A stretch of DNA of 64,000 bases from Malacoraja senta (lineage: Eukaryota), in assembly GCA_038087875.1 (NCBI GenBank), contig CM075989.1:10478001-10542000 (forward strand), given 5' to 3'. The position numbers and the translations under genes were made by a program. Under the pieces are notes generated by a model. That model ran no database searches, was not told the DNA's origin, and was given only the letters and a program-made list of their open reading frames with translations. Shown piece by piece: positions 1 to 11,672 of this stretch; position 1 is the stretch's first letter; every line of letters begins with the position of its first letter.

Positions 1-480
1 CATTGGGAACATCCTCGGTGCATCCACCCGATCAAGGCCCCTCACGATCTTATATGTTTCAATGAGATCGCCTCTCATTCTTCTAAACTCCAAAGAGTAG
101 AGTTCCAGCCTACTTAACCTTTCCTCATATGTCAATCCCCTCATTGCAGGAATTAATCTTGTAAACCTTCGCTGCACTGCCTCCAGGGCCAGTACATCCT
201 TTCTTAAGTATGGACCCCAGAACTGTACACAGTATTCCAAATGTGGTCTCACTAATACTGTGTACAGCTGCAGCAAGACCTCCGTGTTTTTATACTCAAT
301 CCCCCTAGCAATAAAGGCCAAAACTCCATTGGCCTTCCTGATTGCTTGCTGCACCTGCATACTAACTTTTAGTGATTCATGTACTACTACCCCTAGATCC
401 CTTTGCGTTGCATTACAACGCAGCTCCACCTCATTTAGAAAATAACTTGCCCTATCATTTTTTTTCCCAAAGTGAATGAC
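1..480 (-). mobile_element. CR1-clade (HER1-like) LINE fragment, ORF2 C-terminal part, runs off the window start
   Basis: Minus-strand translation reads VIHFGKKN...QRDLGVVVHESLKVSMQVQQAIRKANGVLAFIARGIEYK...LVRPHLEYCVQFW...AVQRRFTRLIP, homologous to the 12150..12725 ORF and its downstream sequence. An 18-bp tandem duplication (463-480/481-498) marks the 5' truncation. Confidence 0.93.
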
Positions 481-525
481 TTTCCCAAAGTGAATGACAT
501 TACAAAGCAGCATTACCTAAAGAAA

Positions 526-747
526 GATAGACACTAAGAGCTCGAGTAACTCAGTGGGACAGGCAGCATCTCTGGAGAGAAGGAATGAATGGGTGACGTT
601 TTGGGTCTAGACCCTTCTTCAGACTGGAGTCTCGACCTGAAACGTCACCTATTCCTTCTCTCCAAAGATGCTGCCTGTCCCGCTGAGTTACTCCAGCTTT
701 TTGTGTCTATCTTTGGTTTAAACCAGCATCTGCAGTTCCTTCCTGCA
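526..747. mobile_element. Fold-back (inverted pseudo-LTR) Penelope-like element remnant
   Basis: Arms gatagacac...gagtaactcagtgggacaggcagcatc and gatgctgcctgtcccgctgagttactc...gtgtctatc are reverse complements. Flanked by the 15-bp direct repeat cattacctaaagaaa (511-525, 748-762). Decayed hammerhead motif at the junction. Confidence 0.85.
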
Positions 748-772
748 CATTACCTAAAGAAAAACTGTTACT

Positions 773-1050
773 GAGCCACAATAGGATATATTATGGCAGT
801 GAACAGGTGGTCAAAATGGTGAGTTTTAAGGGGCAACTTAAAAGAGGTGGAGGATTTATTGAGGGAATTCCATTCCTTGGCAGAAATGCTAGGGCAGCCA
901 GTGGTGGGAGTGATAGAAACTGGGAATAAGCAAAAGGCCAAATTGAAATGCAGAGATTTTACAGTGAATAGGGCTGGAGGAGGTCACAGATTTAGGAAAG
1001 ATGGAGACAATGGAGGGGAGTGAAAATGGGGGAAAGGATATTAAAATCTA
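773..1050 (-). mobile_element. Old L2-like LINE 3' remnant
   Basis: Similar by eye to degenerate segments at about 24830-25100, 48690-48950 and 60925-61200 (FKSLxGLxPPYL-type C-terminus). Confidence 0.5.
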
Positions 1051-1152
1051 AGCTCAAGGAGCAAGTATCGGTCAGCATTCTTTGGACATTTATTCTGAAT
1101 TATTCTGGGTAGCAGTAGACTAGGTATGTCCCTTGACAAGTAATCAAATGGC

Positions 1153-1437
1153 GAAAGGACACAAAGTGCTGGAGTAACTTTATTTGAGTTTTTCCCTTTT
1201 TCATGTATTTGTGCACTGTGGATGGCTCAATTGTATTCATGTATTGTCTTTCCGCTGACTGGTTAGCATGCAACAAAAGCTTTTCACTGTATATAGGTAC
1301 ACGTGACAATAAACTAAACCTGTACTCAAAAGGTCTCGACCCGAAACATTACCTACCCATGTTCTCCAGAGATGCTGCTTACTCCAGCACTTTTTGTCTT
1401 TTTGTGTATTAACCAGCATCTGCAGTTCTTTGTTTCT
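1153..1437. mobile_element. Penelope-like fold-back remnant interrupted by a Rex1/Babar-type 3' tail (about 1180-1320)
   Basis: gacacaaagtgctggagtaa / ttactccagcactttttgtc inverted arms. The internal segment ends gtgacaataaactaaac. Diverged direct repeat acaagtaatcaaatggc (1136-1152) / acaagtaaacaagtgac (1438-1454). Confidence 0.75.
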
Positions 1438-2729
1438 ACAAGTAAACAAGTGACTTGAGCTAATTCAAAATATTTTAATTCCATTGTTTCTAGGACTGCA
1501 CTGTTCATATAATTTTGCTGACCTCTTAGTGATGCCGAAGGTGTGGGGCATCCTCAGCCAACTGCCCAACCCATTCAAAGTCCCAGTCCCTGTGATTAAA
1601 AACAAGCTTATCTTTTTGAAATTGTCAAAACGGAGAGGACTTGTGGCTTATAAAATCTCAGTAAGATTTGCCTCCCCACAGGCACAGCAAATTACCCCAA
1701 GTATCAAGGTGGCAGATTCAATGTTAGCATGTTTGCTGAGTGAACTGACATCGTTCTGAGGAGATTGAACCTTCTCCATTGTTTTCCTTTAGGGAGGAGT
1801 GATGTAAACTTGCGAGAAACAAGTCCAAGGGTTGCCCAAGTGTACCTCTTGTGACATTGACATTGTTGAATCATGCACATGCATTCGTGAGAATGAGACA
1901 TGCTTTGATAATTGGTTAGACCTATTGGCACCACATTCAGTCTGTGGACTGATTAGCTATCAAATACTATTTTAATTATGAAGTACAGCATCCACCTATC
2001 CATTTATTTTCAACAACAGGTTAAGGTTCCAAATTATTATGCAGTCTGGCATTACATTTAAACACAAAGGTCATTCAGCCTTACAGGCTTATGTTTCACA
2101 TAAAACTACACCCACCCCCTTCTCATGCCTGCCCATCAACTTGTCCAATCCTTTCTCCATCCTGTGTTTATCCAATTTCTCCTGAAATGCATGCGAGTTC
2201 CATATGTTTTTTTTGAAATCTTTATTGAAATTGATAGCAACTGTTATCTATTGATAACCACCGAATTGTAGAGAGTGCAGCATGAAACTTTTTGGCCCAC
2301 TAAATCCATACCGACCATAGCTGACTCGTTTTCACTGATCCTATATTAATCCTTTCTTTCATTCTCCGTATACTCTCATCAACTTCCTGCAAATTCCATC
2401 ACCTATCCACTGGGAACACCTTACAGTGGCAACTTAAACCTATGGGCTGTGCATAACCATTTTATCACATTGATTAAATGAATGCCACTCGAATCCTTGC
2501 CAAAATGGTGCATCAAGTGAAGAAAACGTTAACAAAGTGTTCGGTGAATCTGGCAACACAAATCTTCATTGATATAGAACCTGCTGTCTGCTGAAGCTCT
2601 CCAGAAAAATACCCTATCTGCTATTTCAGATGAAAAGGAGAAATTGGGGAAATGAGCTGAGAGGAGGTTGGAAGGGTGTGTAAAAGGAACTTGAGAGCAG
2701 GAGGGTTGCATTTGTAACACGCTAAAACT

Positions 2730-3220
2730 GAACTAATGCATACAGTTCTGATCGTCACATTACAGGAAAGATGTGATCACACAAAGAGAAGTGTGATTTA
2801 TGAACGGTTGCCAGGATTGGAAAATTGTAGCTAAGGGAAAATATTTGATAATCCTTGATAAGTTGGTGTTGTTTTCTTTGGAACAGTGAAGGCTGAGGAA
2901 AGAATTAACAGAGGTGCAAAAAAATTATGAAGGCCTAAATAGAGTAAATAGGAAGGATCTATTTCCATTAAAATGGTCAGAAATACAGGGAGCATTCATT
3001 TCATGAAATAGGTAAAAATAAAATAGAGTGGCAAGGAGGAAAATAAAACTACAACAAAAAAGTGGAGCAAAGGTCTGGTATGGAATACATAAAAGGACTA
3101 TGTGCCCTGCAGGACTATAGACAGAGTGCTGGATGGCAGGATAAGCTCAATAACGTTTTATCAACACGCACCATGAAATGGTCTCTATAGTGTTATACAC
3201 TTTCTATGATCCATTCTTTG
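2730..3220 (+). mobile_element. Old CR1 LINE 3' remnant
   Basis: Degenerate match to the RKD...LPGL...LFSLEQ*RLRKELTEV.KIM region of the younger CR1 copies in this window. Confidence 0.6.
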
Positions 3221-3474
3221 AACAATGCATCCAGGCAGAGATGGTAGGTAGTCAACCATTTGTTCGGTAGAGAATCAAGGGAACAGGATGTGGTTCCCTT
3301 GTACAAGCGTTCAGAAAGAAAGGGGCACGAAGAGGAAAAATAAGAGAAGTAACTTCAGGACCTAGGCAATGGGAGCACAAATGGACAAAGGGAATAGAGA
3401 ACCATTTGAACCAACTGCCTCTATCTTAGCCAGAGAAACGTCCACCAACACAATGTCGACCAGAAGAAGGGGAT

Positions 3475-4190
3475 AGTTGCAACAACCTAGCCCTTAATGT
3501 TAGTGAGTCAAACAAGTTGGTTGTTGACCGAAGAAAGTGGGGGTAAGTGAATACAATTCTGTTCTCATCAACAGAGCTGCTGCTAAAGAGCGGGTTGACA
3601 GCTTCAGGTTCCTTGGCATTCATATCACCAGCAACCTAACCTAGTCCCTTCACACTGAACCAGTGATCAAGAAAGTGCATCAGCGTATTTGCTTTCTTAG
3701 GCGTCTTAGAGAATTCAGCATGTCCACGACGATTCTCTCGAACTTCTACAGGTGCAATTCTGATGAGAAGTATCTCAGTCGGATCTGCTCTGCTCTTGAC
3801 TGCCTGAATCTGCAGAAAGGACTGAACTCAGCCATCACAGGCTCACCACTTTGTTGCATCCAGTACATCTTCATGGTGCATTGCATCAGGAAGGCTGGAA
3901 GTACCGTCAAAGATGCCGTCGCTTGCCCACTGTATGTCTTGTGTAAAACCCGGTTGTGACTAGCACAATAAAGAGACGTCCGACACCGATGAGATCTGCA
4001 AGTCATTTAATGAAAGCCTCCCCTTCAAAGGGCGCATGTTGATAACGTGTATAAACGTTGCATACATTACAGCTACTGTCTTTTCTCTCTTAAACTTTCT
4101 GGGAGAAGATAGAAGAAAGTTTGGATGTCCAGACATAAGAACAGCTTCTTCCCAACTGCTATCAGATTCCTGAATCAATCTCCTTTCACA
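3475..4190 (+). mobile_element. Rex1/Babar-type LINE, degenerate RT C-terminal region
   Basis: Translates NNLALNVSESNKLVVD...ERVDSFRFLGIHITSNLT*SLHTEPVIKKVHQRICFLRRLREFSMSTTILSNFYRC, then NSFFPTAIRFLN near 4140-4175. Same family as the 19486..19878 ORF. Confidence 0.82.
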
Positions 4191-4673
4191 TCCTCGTGGT
4201 GAAGGTGTTGCCATGAACTCTTACAGTCCAAATAAATAAACTCTTCAGTCTGTCGCTATCATGACTCGCCATAGGTTTAGAAATAGCCAAGTGCTTCAGT
4301 TTCCAGCAGCCTGCAGATCCAAGTCTAAGATGAGCAACAACTGCAACTTCACTGGCACTTGGTGATAACAGAGCGTTTGGAAGTTTGTTCAGAGAATGAG
4401 GAACTAAAATGGATAAGTACAATATCTATGCCATGAACAATAACTGTATCAGATTTATAGACTTTTTATAGATAAATATTAAAACTGAAACCAATAATGT
4501 CAGTGCTGTGGGAAATAGAATGCACAGGGCAATACAATAGGTGTTGATCTGCGAATTGATACTGACCGGCTGACTGCTTGGTAATCAAGCAGGACATTTA
4601 CTCCAGCAATTTAAGCATTATCAAGTTGGAAACCAGAACTGATGAGGTTTGCAGACATTAGCATAAATGGAGT

Positions 4674-4765
4674 GTAGACAAAAGTGCTGGAGAAACTCAA
4701 CGGGTGCAGCAGCATCTATGGAGCGAAGGAAATAGGCAACGTTTCGGGCCGAAACCCTTCTTCAG
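4674..4765 (-). mobile_element. Short Penelope-like pseudo-LTR stub containing a hammerhead core
   Basis: Nearly the same sequence as the end of the GIY-YIG-bearing element at 58276-58360. 7-bp direct repeat atggagt at 4667-4673 and 4766-4772. Confidence 0.85.
4738..4765 (-). ncRNA. Minimal type I hammerhead ribozyme motif (Penelope-associated)
   Basis: Minus strand reads CUGAAGA-a-GGGUU-uc-GGCCC-GAAA-cg-UU. All conserved core nucleotides are present, but the 5' arm of stem I is lost by truncation. Confidence 0.65.
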
Positions 4766-5599
4766 ATGGAGTCTTTCTTCTTAAGCAGTCCCTCAGGGGA
4801 GGATGAGTTAATTTCACCCCATTATTGTGGATTCTGAAATGAACAAGGAGGTCAATGAGAAACTCTCATATTTTGCCGTAGGTGGGGCTGTGAATGGTAG
4901 TTTGTGTGGTAATGCTCTTACTCCACCACTTAAGTTGAACCGCTGTGTGCTCCTGGTGCCTGGTGCCAACCTAAACGTTTCTCTGGTTATGGGCCAGAGA
5001 TTTGTAGGAAGCTGTGGGGATGTTGCAATTTTCTTTTCCTCTGTCCGCCTGATAACCTCTTAACACTGTAGAGTCAGGAATAGTTTGTTTTGGGAATCTA
5101 GTGTGGGATGTGACCAGTAGAGCAAGAGTCATTGGGGCAGGAATACTAACATTTGTTCACTTACCATTTGGATGATTTTGCTGATTTTTCTATTTTTCCT
5201 TTCCAGTCCCTTGAGTTGCCTGCTGCAGGTTGTCCTGGTCTCATAGCATAAGGATCATGAACTTTGCACCAATTTGAGAACTTCATTCTGAAACATTCTT
5301 TTCTTCTGCTCACCAAGAGCTGTGTTGGTGATTTTCCGTTCCTCAGATGGTCAAAGAACGTGGAGGTGAATTTCCAGAGTGTGATTGCGCACATTTATTG
5401 TTGGAGAACAATGTTGTATGGTGGAGGCTGGTTGATAGAGGAGCTTTATTTGCATATATGGACTGTAAGATCCTTCCTCTCATATGCCTTGGTGAATGAG
5501 TGGATAACGATTCCGAGCTTGGCCTCCGAACATGACATAATAAATCCCATATGCACTTTGTAACTTGTCTTTGGTTGCAGTGGAGAATATCTCACAGGA

Positions 5600-5750
5600 A
5601 CCAACAACTTCATTGTAGTGTTGCATTGGGAACCTAACAACATTGTGCCAATTGGAATGTATATAAGCAACAACAGCCAAAGGGGTACAGCTACCCATTA
5701 TTGTAACAACATTTGGAAACAGGCCAACTTTGATAGGGTACATATTTTGG
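5600..5750 (+). mobile_element. Possible Ty3/Gypsy protease-region remnant
   Basis: Across a frameshift: NIVPIGMYISNNSQR / VQLPIIVTTFGNRPTLIG, resembling the IVPLG...LPLIV...RPTLLGR end of Gypsy aspartic proteases. No LTR or RT seen. Confidence 0.35.
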
Positions 5751-6295
5751 AAGGTTATGGCAAGGTAGGTTAAAGTAGACAAACTTGTGCAGCAGTTTGG
5801 AGACTAAAGTTGCACTTAATCAGCTGGAGACAGAAATCTCTGCTACCCATCTTGCAAGACTTGTATACCGGGTGCTTTTGCCCACTCAGCCAGACTGTCT
5901 ATATCCCTTTCTGTCCCTTTCACACATTGAACTGTCATCTACAACATTAATATTGATTGTAAATAGATTCAAGAATTAATTCTTGCAATGCTCATCTTAT
6001 TAGACCATGCCAACCTGAACATGGCACTTTGATTTCCACTATTTCCTGGCAGCTAACCAATCCTCACTCTGTGCCGATATACCACACCCTTATGCTGTAT
6101 CTCCTAGTTTCTCTATTTCTTGACTGGTAACCAATGCTCAATCCATGCCATTGTACCATTACCTCATTCTGTGTCCTGATTTAATGTAGCAACATGTATT
6201 TCCAAGTGTCTAATTGAATGCCATGTGAAAATCCAACTTCACGCAACCAGCGTTTCCCCTTTATGTCCTCTTAGTTATATCCTTGTAATATTCTA

Positions 6296-6310
6296 CCCCC
6301 CCCCCCCCCC
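6296..6310. repeat. C15 homopolymer
   Basis: 15 consecutive C. Confidence 0.95.
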
Positions 6311-9050
6311 TCCATTCCAAAAAACACCTTCAAAGTTCTTGATCATATTATGATCTTCCAAATGTTCTGCCAATAAGGCCCTGATTATTTTTAATAAAAA
6401 ATTCTGAAGGGAAATTATATTATTTGCTTACTTCATCGTCTCCATTACTTGCTCGTTTTTTAACTTGTTGCTCAAGCAACAGTGTAAATAATTTGTTAGG
6501 TTGGAAACACTGTTCAAATAATCAGTCTGCAAAGCATAATTTATGAGTATGGCACTCTGAAATCCTTCGTCATTAATAGAAAGGTTTCTTGTTGCAGAGT
6601 TAGACTTCAAGGAAATGAATAATTAATCTTGCTGTTGGAGTCTGACTCTGTTTGTTTACGCCCAAAAACTGCAATGGTAAACATTCATTACCTCTGCCAA
6701 GTGTAAAGTGTTAATGATTTGTTGCATTGTCAATATTTCTGATTCCCTTAAATTAATCATTGTAGTAGGCCTGTTTTTTTTAAACTTTAAAAAAGTAGAC
6801 CTTTTCCACCTAATGTCTGAGAAATGCTTACGTTGTGCAAAACCAGAATTGGAAAAGTATATCCAGAGACCTTCAGAAGCAGTCCATTCACTTTAAAATG
6901 GTTTATTTTCTTCATACCAGGCAGAAAAACTGCTTTATTTACTGTGTCTTTAACAACCGCAGGATGCCCCGCACTATTTTAAAGTGAATGGAGATCAGAT
7001 TTTTGGAGATCAGTCACCTTTGTAATTTAGATAATACAGCTGCAAACGGTGATGTGATCATGACTAGTTATACTGTTCTAATGATATAGTTTTGTGGTTG
7101 GAATATTGGATAAAGATGTCTTCCTGGTGCTCTTTAAAATGAATTAGAAAGGGCCAGATGAGATCTTGGTTTAACATTCAAAAATAATTTTGACAGTGCA
7201 GCATGGAATTTCAACTGGGATTAATGGACTCATCTTTAGAGAAAGATTTAAATCTTCAGATTACATGGCTCGTGAGAAGCACAGCTGTCAAATTTGCATG
7301 GGTCTAATACTAAACCATAAGGGCTGAACTAGGCCAATAATCCAGGCAACCAAAACTCGGATTACACTGGAACAATTTGAGAATTTGAATTGAGGTGACC
7401 AAAAAAATTGGCATCAGATCATTAATTGATTGGATTGTTGTAAAAGCCCAAATATAGCACTGATGTCTTTCACGGTAGGAAATCTGACTATTCTACCCCA
7501 TCCAGCGCTTCAGGTGATATCTGTCCTGCGCTGCAGTGAATGGTACTCAGCTGGCCTCACTGGCGTTAACAAATCATTTCATTAATATAGGCCATTTCCC
7601 AAGTACAAACGCCTGACTTGTAGATACCCTACAAATGAATGATCCCACAGTATTATTAAATTCAAATGTCTGACATATGCAATTGCTCATTTCTATAAAC
7701 AGCAGAACTAGTTTCCTCTTTTTCTCACTCTCCTTTCTGAAATTGTATTTTTTTTGTCAGCCTCATGTGCATTTGATGCCATTCATTAAAATACTGTGGC
7801 GATATGGTTACAAATCGATTGATTTTTATGTAAATTCTGACTTACAAACAAATCAACTTAAGGACATTTGTAAAAACCCAACTGTTTATTACCCGGCGAC
7901 AGCGTTCATTGCCACCATCACCTCTTCAGGGATGTTCAGGAGTGGGTAATAAATGCTGGCCTCACTAGCAACATTACATCCCTGTAATGAACTAAAGAAA
8001 CAGATACTGTCTTTGTTGCTTTTGTTGAGTCAACTGTGGCAACTGTTATGCTGGTGTAATAGGCTGTAGTTTGTCTGAGCTGGAAATGGCATTGTCCCAT
8101 TTTTCCTTTTTGGATCTCAAGAAACATTGGTTGCTGCAGTTCACATTCACATTAGAAAAGTGAATGTACCTCAGTAAGCAGTTAAGTAACTAAAACATCT
8201 GGGAGTAGTGGACAATTTTGATCATCCTAATGATGAGGTGGCACATTGCTACCACAGAGTGCAATGAGGAACAAATTGCTGGAGGCCAGGACTGGAGTGA
8301 CTGATAAGGACAGCAGATCGCTTGTCCCATACAACAGCAGGGAATCATTTGGATTTTCATTACAATGCAGTGGACTCATGGAATTCAAGGACACAAGGCA
8401 CTGATGAGGAATATCAAATCCGGTTTTGTTAACATTTCTTCCTTCACTCCGAGATCATTCATTCATTTGGTTTTCATCAATGCCAAAACGTTGCCCTCAC
8501 TCAACATCCATCTTCTAGGAAGAGCCACTGAAGCGTCTTGCCTCTTCAAATTCTATACAGAAAGATTTTCCATTTCCATAGCTGCTTGTATCATCTCAGT
8601 ATGATGCAATTATTTATTTTTCATTTTTAAGACAGCCCCTGCAGTTGTCTCTCTCTGCTGGATTTGAGTGTCCGCCTTGTATTTCTGGAGTGAAACAAAG
8701 AAGCATAATTGAAAACAGTTATTTCTGCTGACTCATAACTCCAGTGACCTGTGTTCACTCCTGACCTAGGGTGATTGTAGAATTTGTTCATTCTTCCTGT
8801 GACCGCATGGACTTCTGCTGTGAGCTTTGGTTTCCTGCCTTATCCTGAAGATTGCTAATAGGATACTTGACCAATGTAACTTGGAAATTGGATCTGATGA
8901 GATTGCTCTGCTGGGAGCTAGCATGGACCTGAATGGATGAATGGCCTCCTGTTTGGTAGTAAGTAAATAAGAACCTGAAACTGTTTGAGTAAGTGGTGAG
9001 TAGGAATGCAACTTGAACTGGAACACAGGCTTATCAGGGTCTCTGGTTTA

Positions 9051-9612
9051 CATAGATACATAGATACATAGAAATTAGGTGCAGGAGTAGGCCATTCGGC
9101 CCTTCGAGCCTGCACCGCCATTCAATACGATCATGGCTGATCATCCAACTCAGTATCCCGTACCTGCCTTCTCTCCATACCCCCTGATCCCTTTAGCCAC
9201 AAGGGCCACATCTAATTCCCTCTTAAATATAGCCAATGAACTGGCCTCAACTACCCTCTGTGGCAGAGAGTTCCAGAGATTCACCACTCTCTGTGTGAAA
9301 AAGTTTTTCCTCATCTCGGTCTTAAAGGATTTTCCCCTTATCCTTAAGCTGTGACCCCTTGTCCTGGACTTCCCCAACATCGGGAACAATCTTCCTGCAT
9401 CTAGCCTGTCCAACCCCATAAGAATCTTGTACGTTTCTATAAGATCCCCTCTCAATCTCCTAAATTCTAGCGAGTATAAGCCAAGTCTATCCAGTCTTTC
9501 TTCATATGAAAGTCCTGACATCCCAGGAATCAGTCTGGTGAACCTTCTCTGCACTCCCTCTATGGCTATAATGTCCTTCCTCAGATTTGGAGACCAAAAC
9601 TGTACGCAATAC
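9051..9612 (-). mobile_element. Young 5'-truncated HER1/CR1 LINE
   Basis: ORF 9150..9653 (YCVQFWSPNLRKD...GYGEKAGTGY*), 3' UTR and (CATAGATA)n tail. Confidence 0.95.
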
Positions 9613-10204
9613 ATCTGCTCTCGGCAGTGACTCAGTGCATGACCTGTCGGCATGTTATGAGTTTATCTCACTACGAAGACTTCCAGCACAAAAACCTATA
9701 ATGGTATTCCTGTAATGAAGGGGCATTGCTTTGTCAGAGGTGCCCACTACATCAAGGGGGAAATATCTGATAAGAAAATAAACCACCTTCTTGAAATCAT
9801 TACAGTCACATCACAAAGGAAGGAGCTGATTGGTGTGAACTAAGGTATGGATGGATGTAACGTCGTAGCTTTGCAAATCACTGGCTCAATTTGAGGACTA
9901 TGTCGAGACGAGAGCCCTTCAGGTTCTTGGAAGGATGGTCAGGCTTCGGGAAAGCATGCAGAGGACATTTATTAAAATATCACAGACCATGTGGATAGAT
10001 TGGAGAAGTTGGCTATTTTTCCTTTAAAGCATAATACAGTAGACATATTCAAAATGTTGTGGTTTCAACAGTATAGATGGGGAGAAACTATTCTCTAAAT
10101 TACTCCAAGCCAAAATGCTGGTGAAACAGTTAGATAGGTAATTGGAACCTAAGCCTTTGTGGTATGAGGGTTTGAATATAAAAGTAAAAATGTACAATTA
10201 ACTT

Positions 10205-11024
10205 AGTAAAGTAAGTAAAGTAAATTATCCTTTATTGTCATTCAGACTTTTCAGCCTGAACGAAATTTCGTGCCTTGCAGTCATAACATAGAATAAAATA
10301 ACAAAACACACAATGAACACAGATTTAACATCCACCACAGTGAAGTCTACCAGGTCCTCCTCACTGTGATGGAAGGCAAAAGTCTTAAAGTCCTTGTCTC
10401 TTTCCTCCTTCTTCTCCCTCTGCGTTGAGGCGATGCAAGCTTCCGATGTTGGCCCCCCCCGCCGGGTGATGGTAAGTATGTCCCGCGGCTGAATCCGAGC
10501 TCCGCGAACGGGCCGGTTCAAACTCCGCGGCCCGGGGCGGACGAAGCTGCCACCCTCCAGTCCAGCGGACGAAGCTGTTGTTGCGGGATATCCAGAAAAC
10601 CGGTCACCAAGCTGGGACCTGCGAGCTCCCGATGTTGTCGTCCACTGGGCACGCGGCCGAGCCTCCGAGGCTCCGAAGTCGGGTCGAAAGTCGGGTCGCC
10701 GCCGCCGTAACGCCACCAGAGCCCCGAAGTCGTTGGTAAGTCCTGCCTCTGCCTCCGGAGCCTCGAGGTCGGTCCCAGTTGGAGGTCGCCAGCTTCACCA
10801 TTAGGCCTCAGCGCCGACGGAGACGGAGACGGGGGATACGACAAGAAAAGGTCGCATCCCCCCGAAGGAAGTGACCAAAAACATGTTTCTCCCACCCCCC
10901 CCCCCACACATACACAACCAAAATAAACTAAAATAAACAAACAGGACAAAAATAAAACAAAAAAAAGAAAAGACAAACGGACTGCAGGCGAGCCGCAGCT
11001 GCCGGGCAGCGCCGCCACTTCCGG
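10205..11024 (-). mobile_element. CpG-rich non-autonomous retroposon (family copy 1), inserted in an old CR1
   Basis: Minus strand: 5' ccggaagtggcggcg, a pyrimidine tract, a G-run, a GC-rich body, a 13-bp hairpin, TGACAATAAA, then a (TTTAC)n tail. Homologous to 33929, 47853 and 51229. Confidence 0.85.
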
Positions 11025-11672
11025 ATGTGGCCTTGAACTTGGACCTTGACAAGACAATACCCCGATATTGTGTACAAATTTGGTCTCCATTCCCAATAAA
11101 TGCTTGCTTCGGATGAAGTGTGAAAATTCATCAGACTAATTCCTGGGAAGACAGGCCTATCATATGAGGAGAGATTGTCTTGACTTTTATTCTTTAAACT
11201 TTAAGAGAAAAATAAGAGATTTATTTGAGGCATGCAAAATTCTTTCAGAACTTCAGCAATGTGGATATGGGGAGGTTCTTTCCCCGTGCTGTGGAGTCAA
11301 GGGCCAGGGGGTCACAGATTCAAAAGGTATTCATGAAAAATTCCATTACAACTGTGTAGGAAATTTGACTTAACATCACCAATGCTACATCCTCACTCTC
11401 TAATTCCAGGGCCTGGACGATCCTCCATTTGGACTGTTCTACAACCCTTCTCTTTTGCAGCTAAGACAATTGTCTTTATCAGCATTTGCTTTCTGTGGAG
11501 CCCTGCTCATGTGAGCAGTAGGCTATATTTGGTTGCAATTAAAGAATTGGACTGTACTGAAAGGACACTTAGAGGACAGGTGGCTTCCATAAGAGCCTCA
11601 GCAAGGTCTCCTTTCCACCCATATGACAATTCTGCAGGCTTCCTTAGTGGCAGATAATTTTACTTAACTCAT

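Noticed and set aside
10225-11096. Long overlapping ORFs (163-192 aa), and similar ones at 34046, 48156-48515 and 51516-52089
   Set aside because: They lie inside the GC-rich repeat family, where stop codons are rare. Frames are not conserved between copies and the peptides are Arg/Pro/Gly/Ser low-information.
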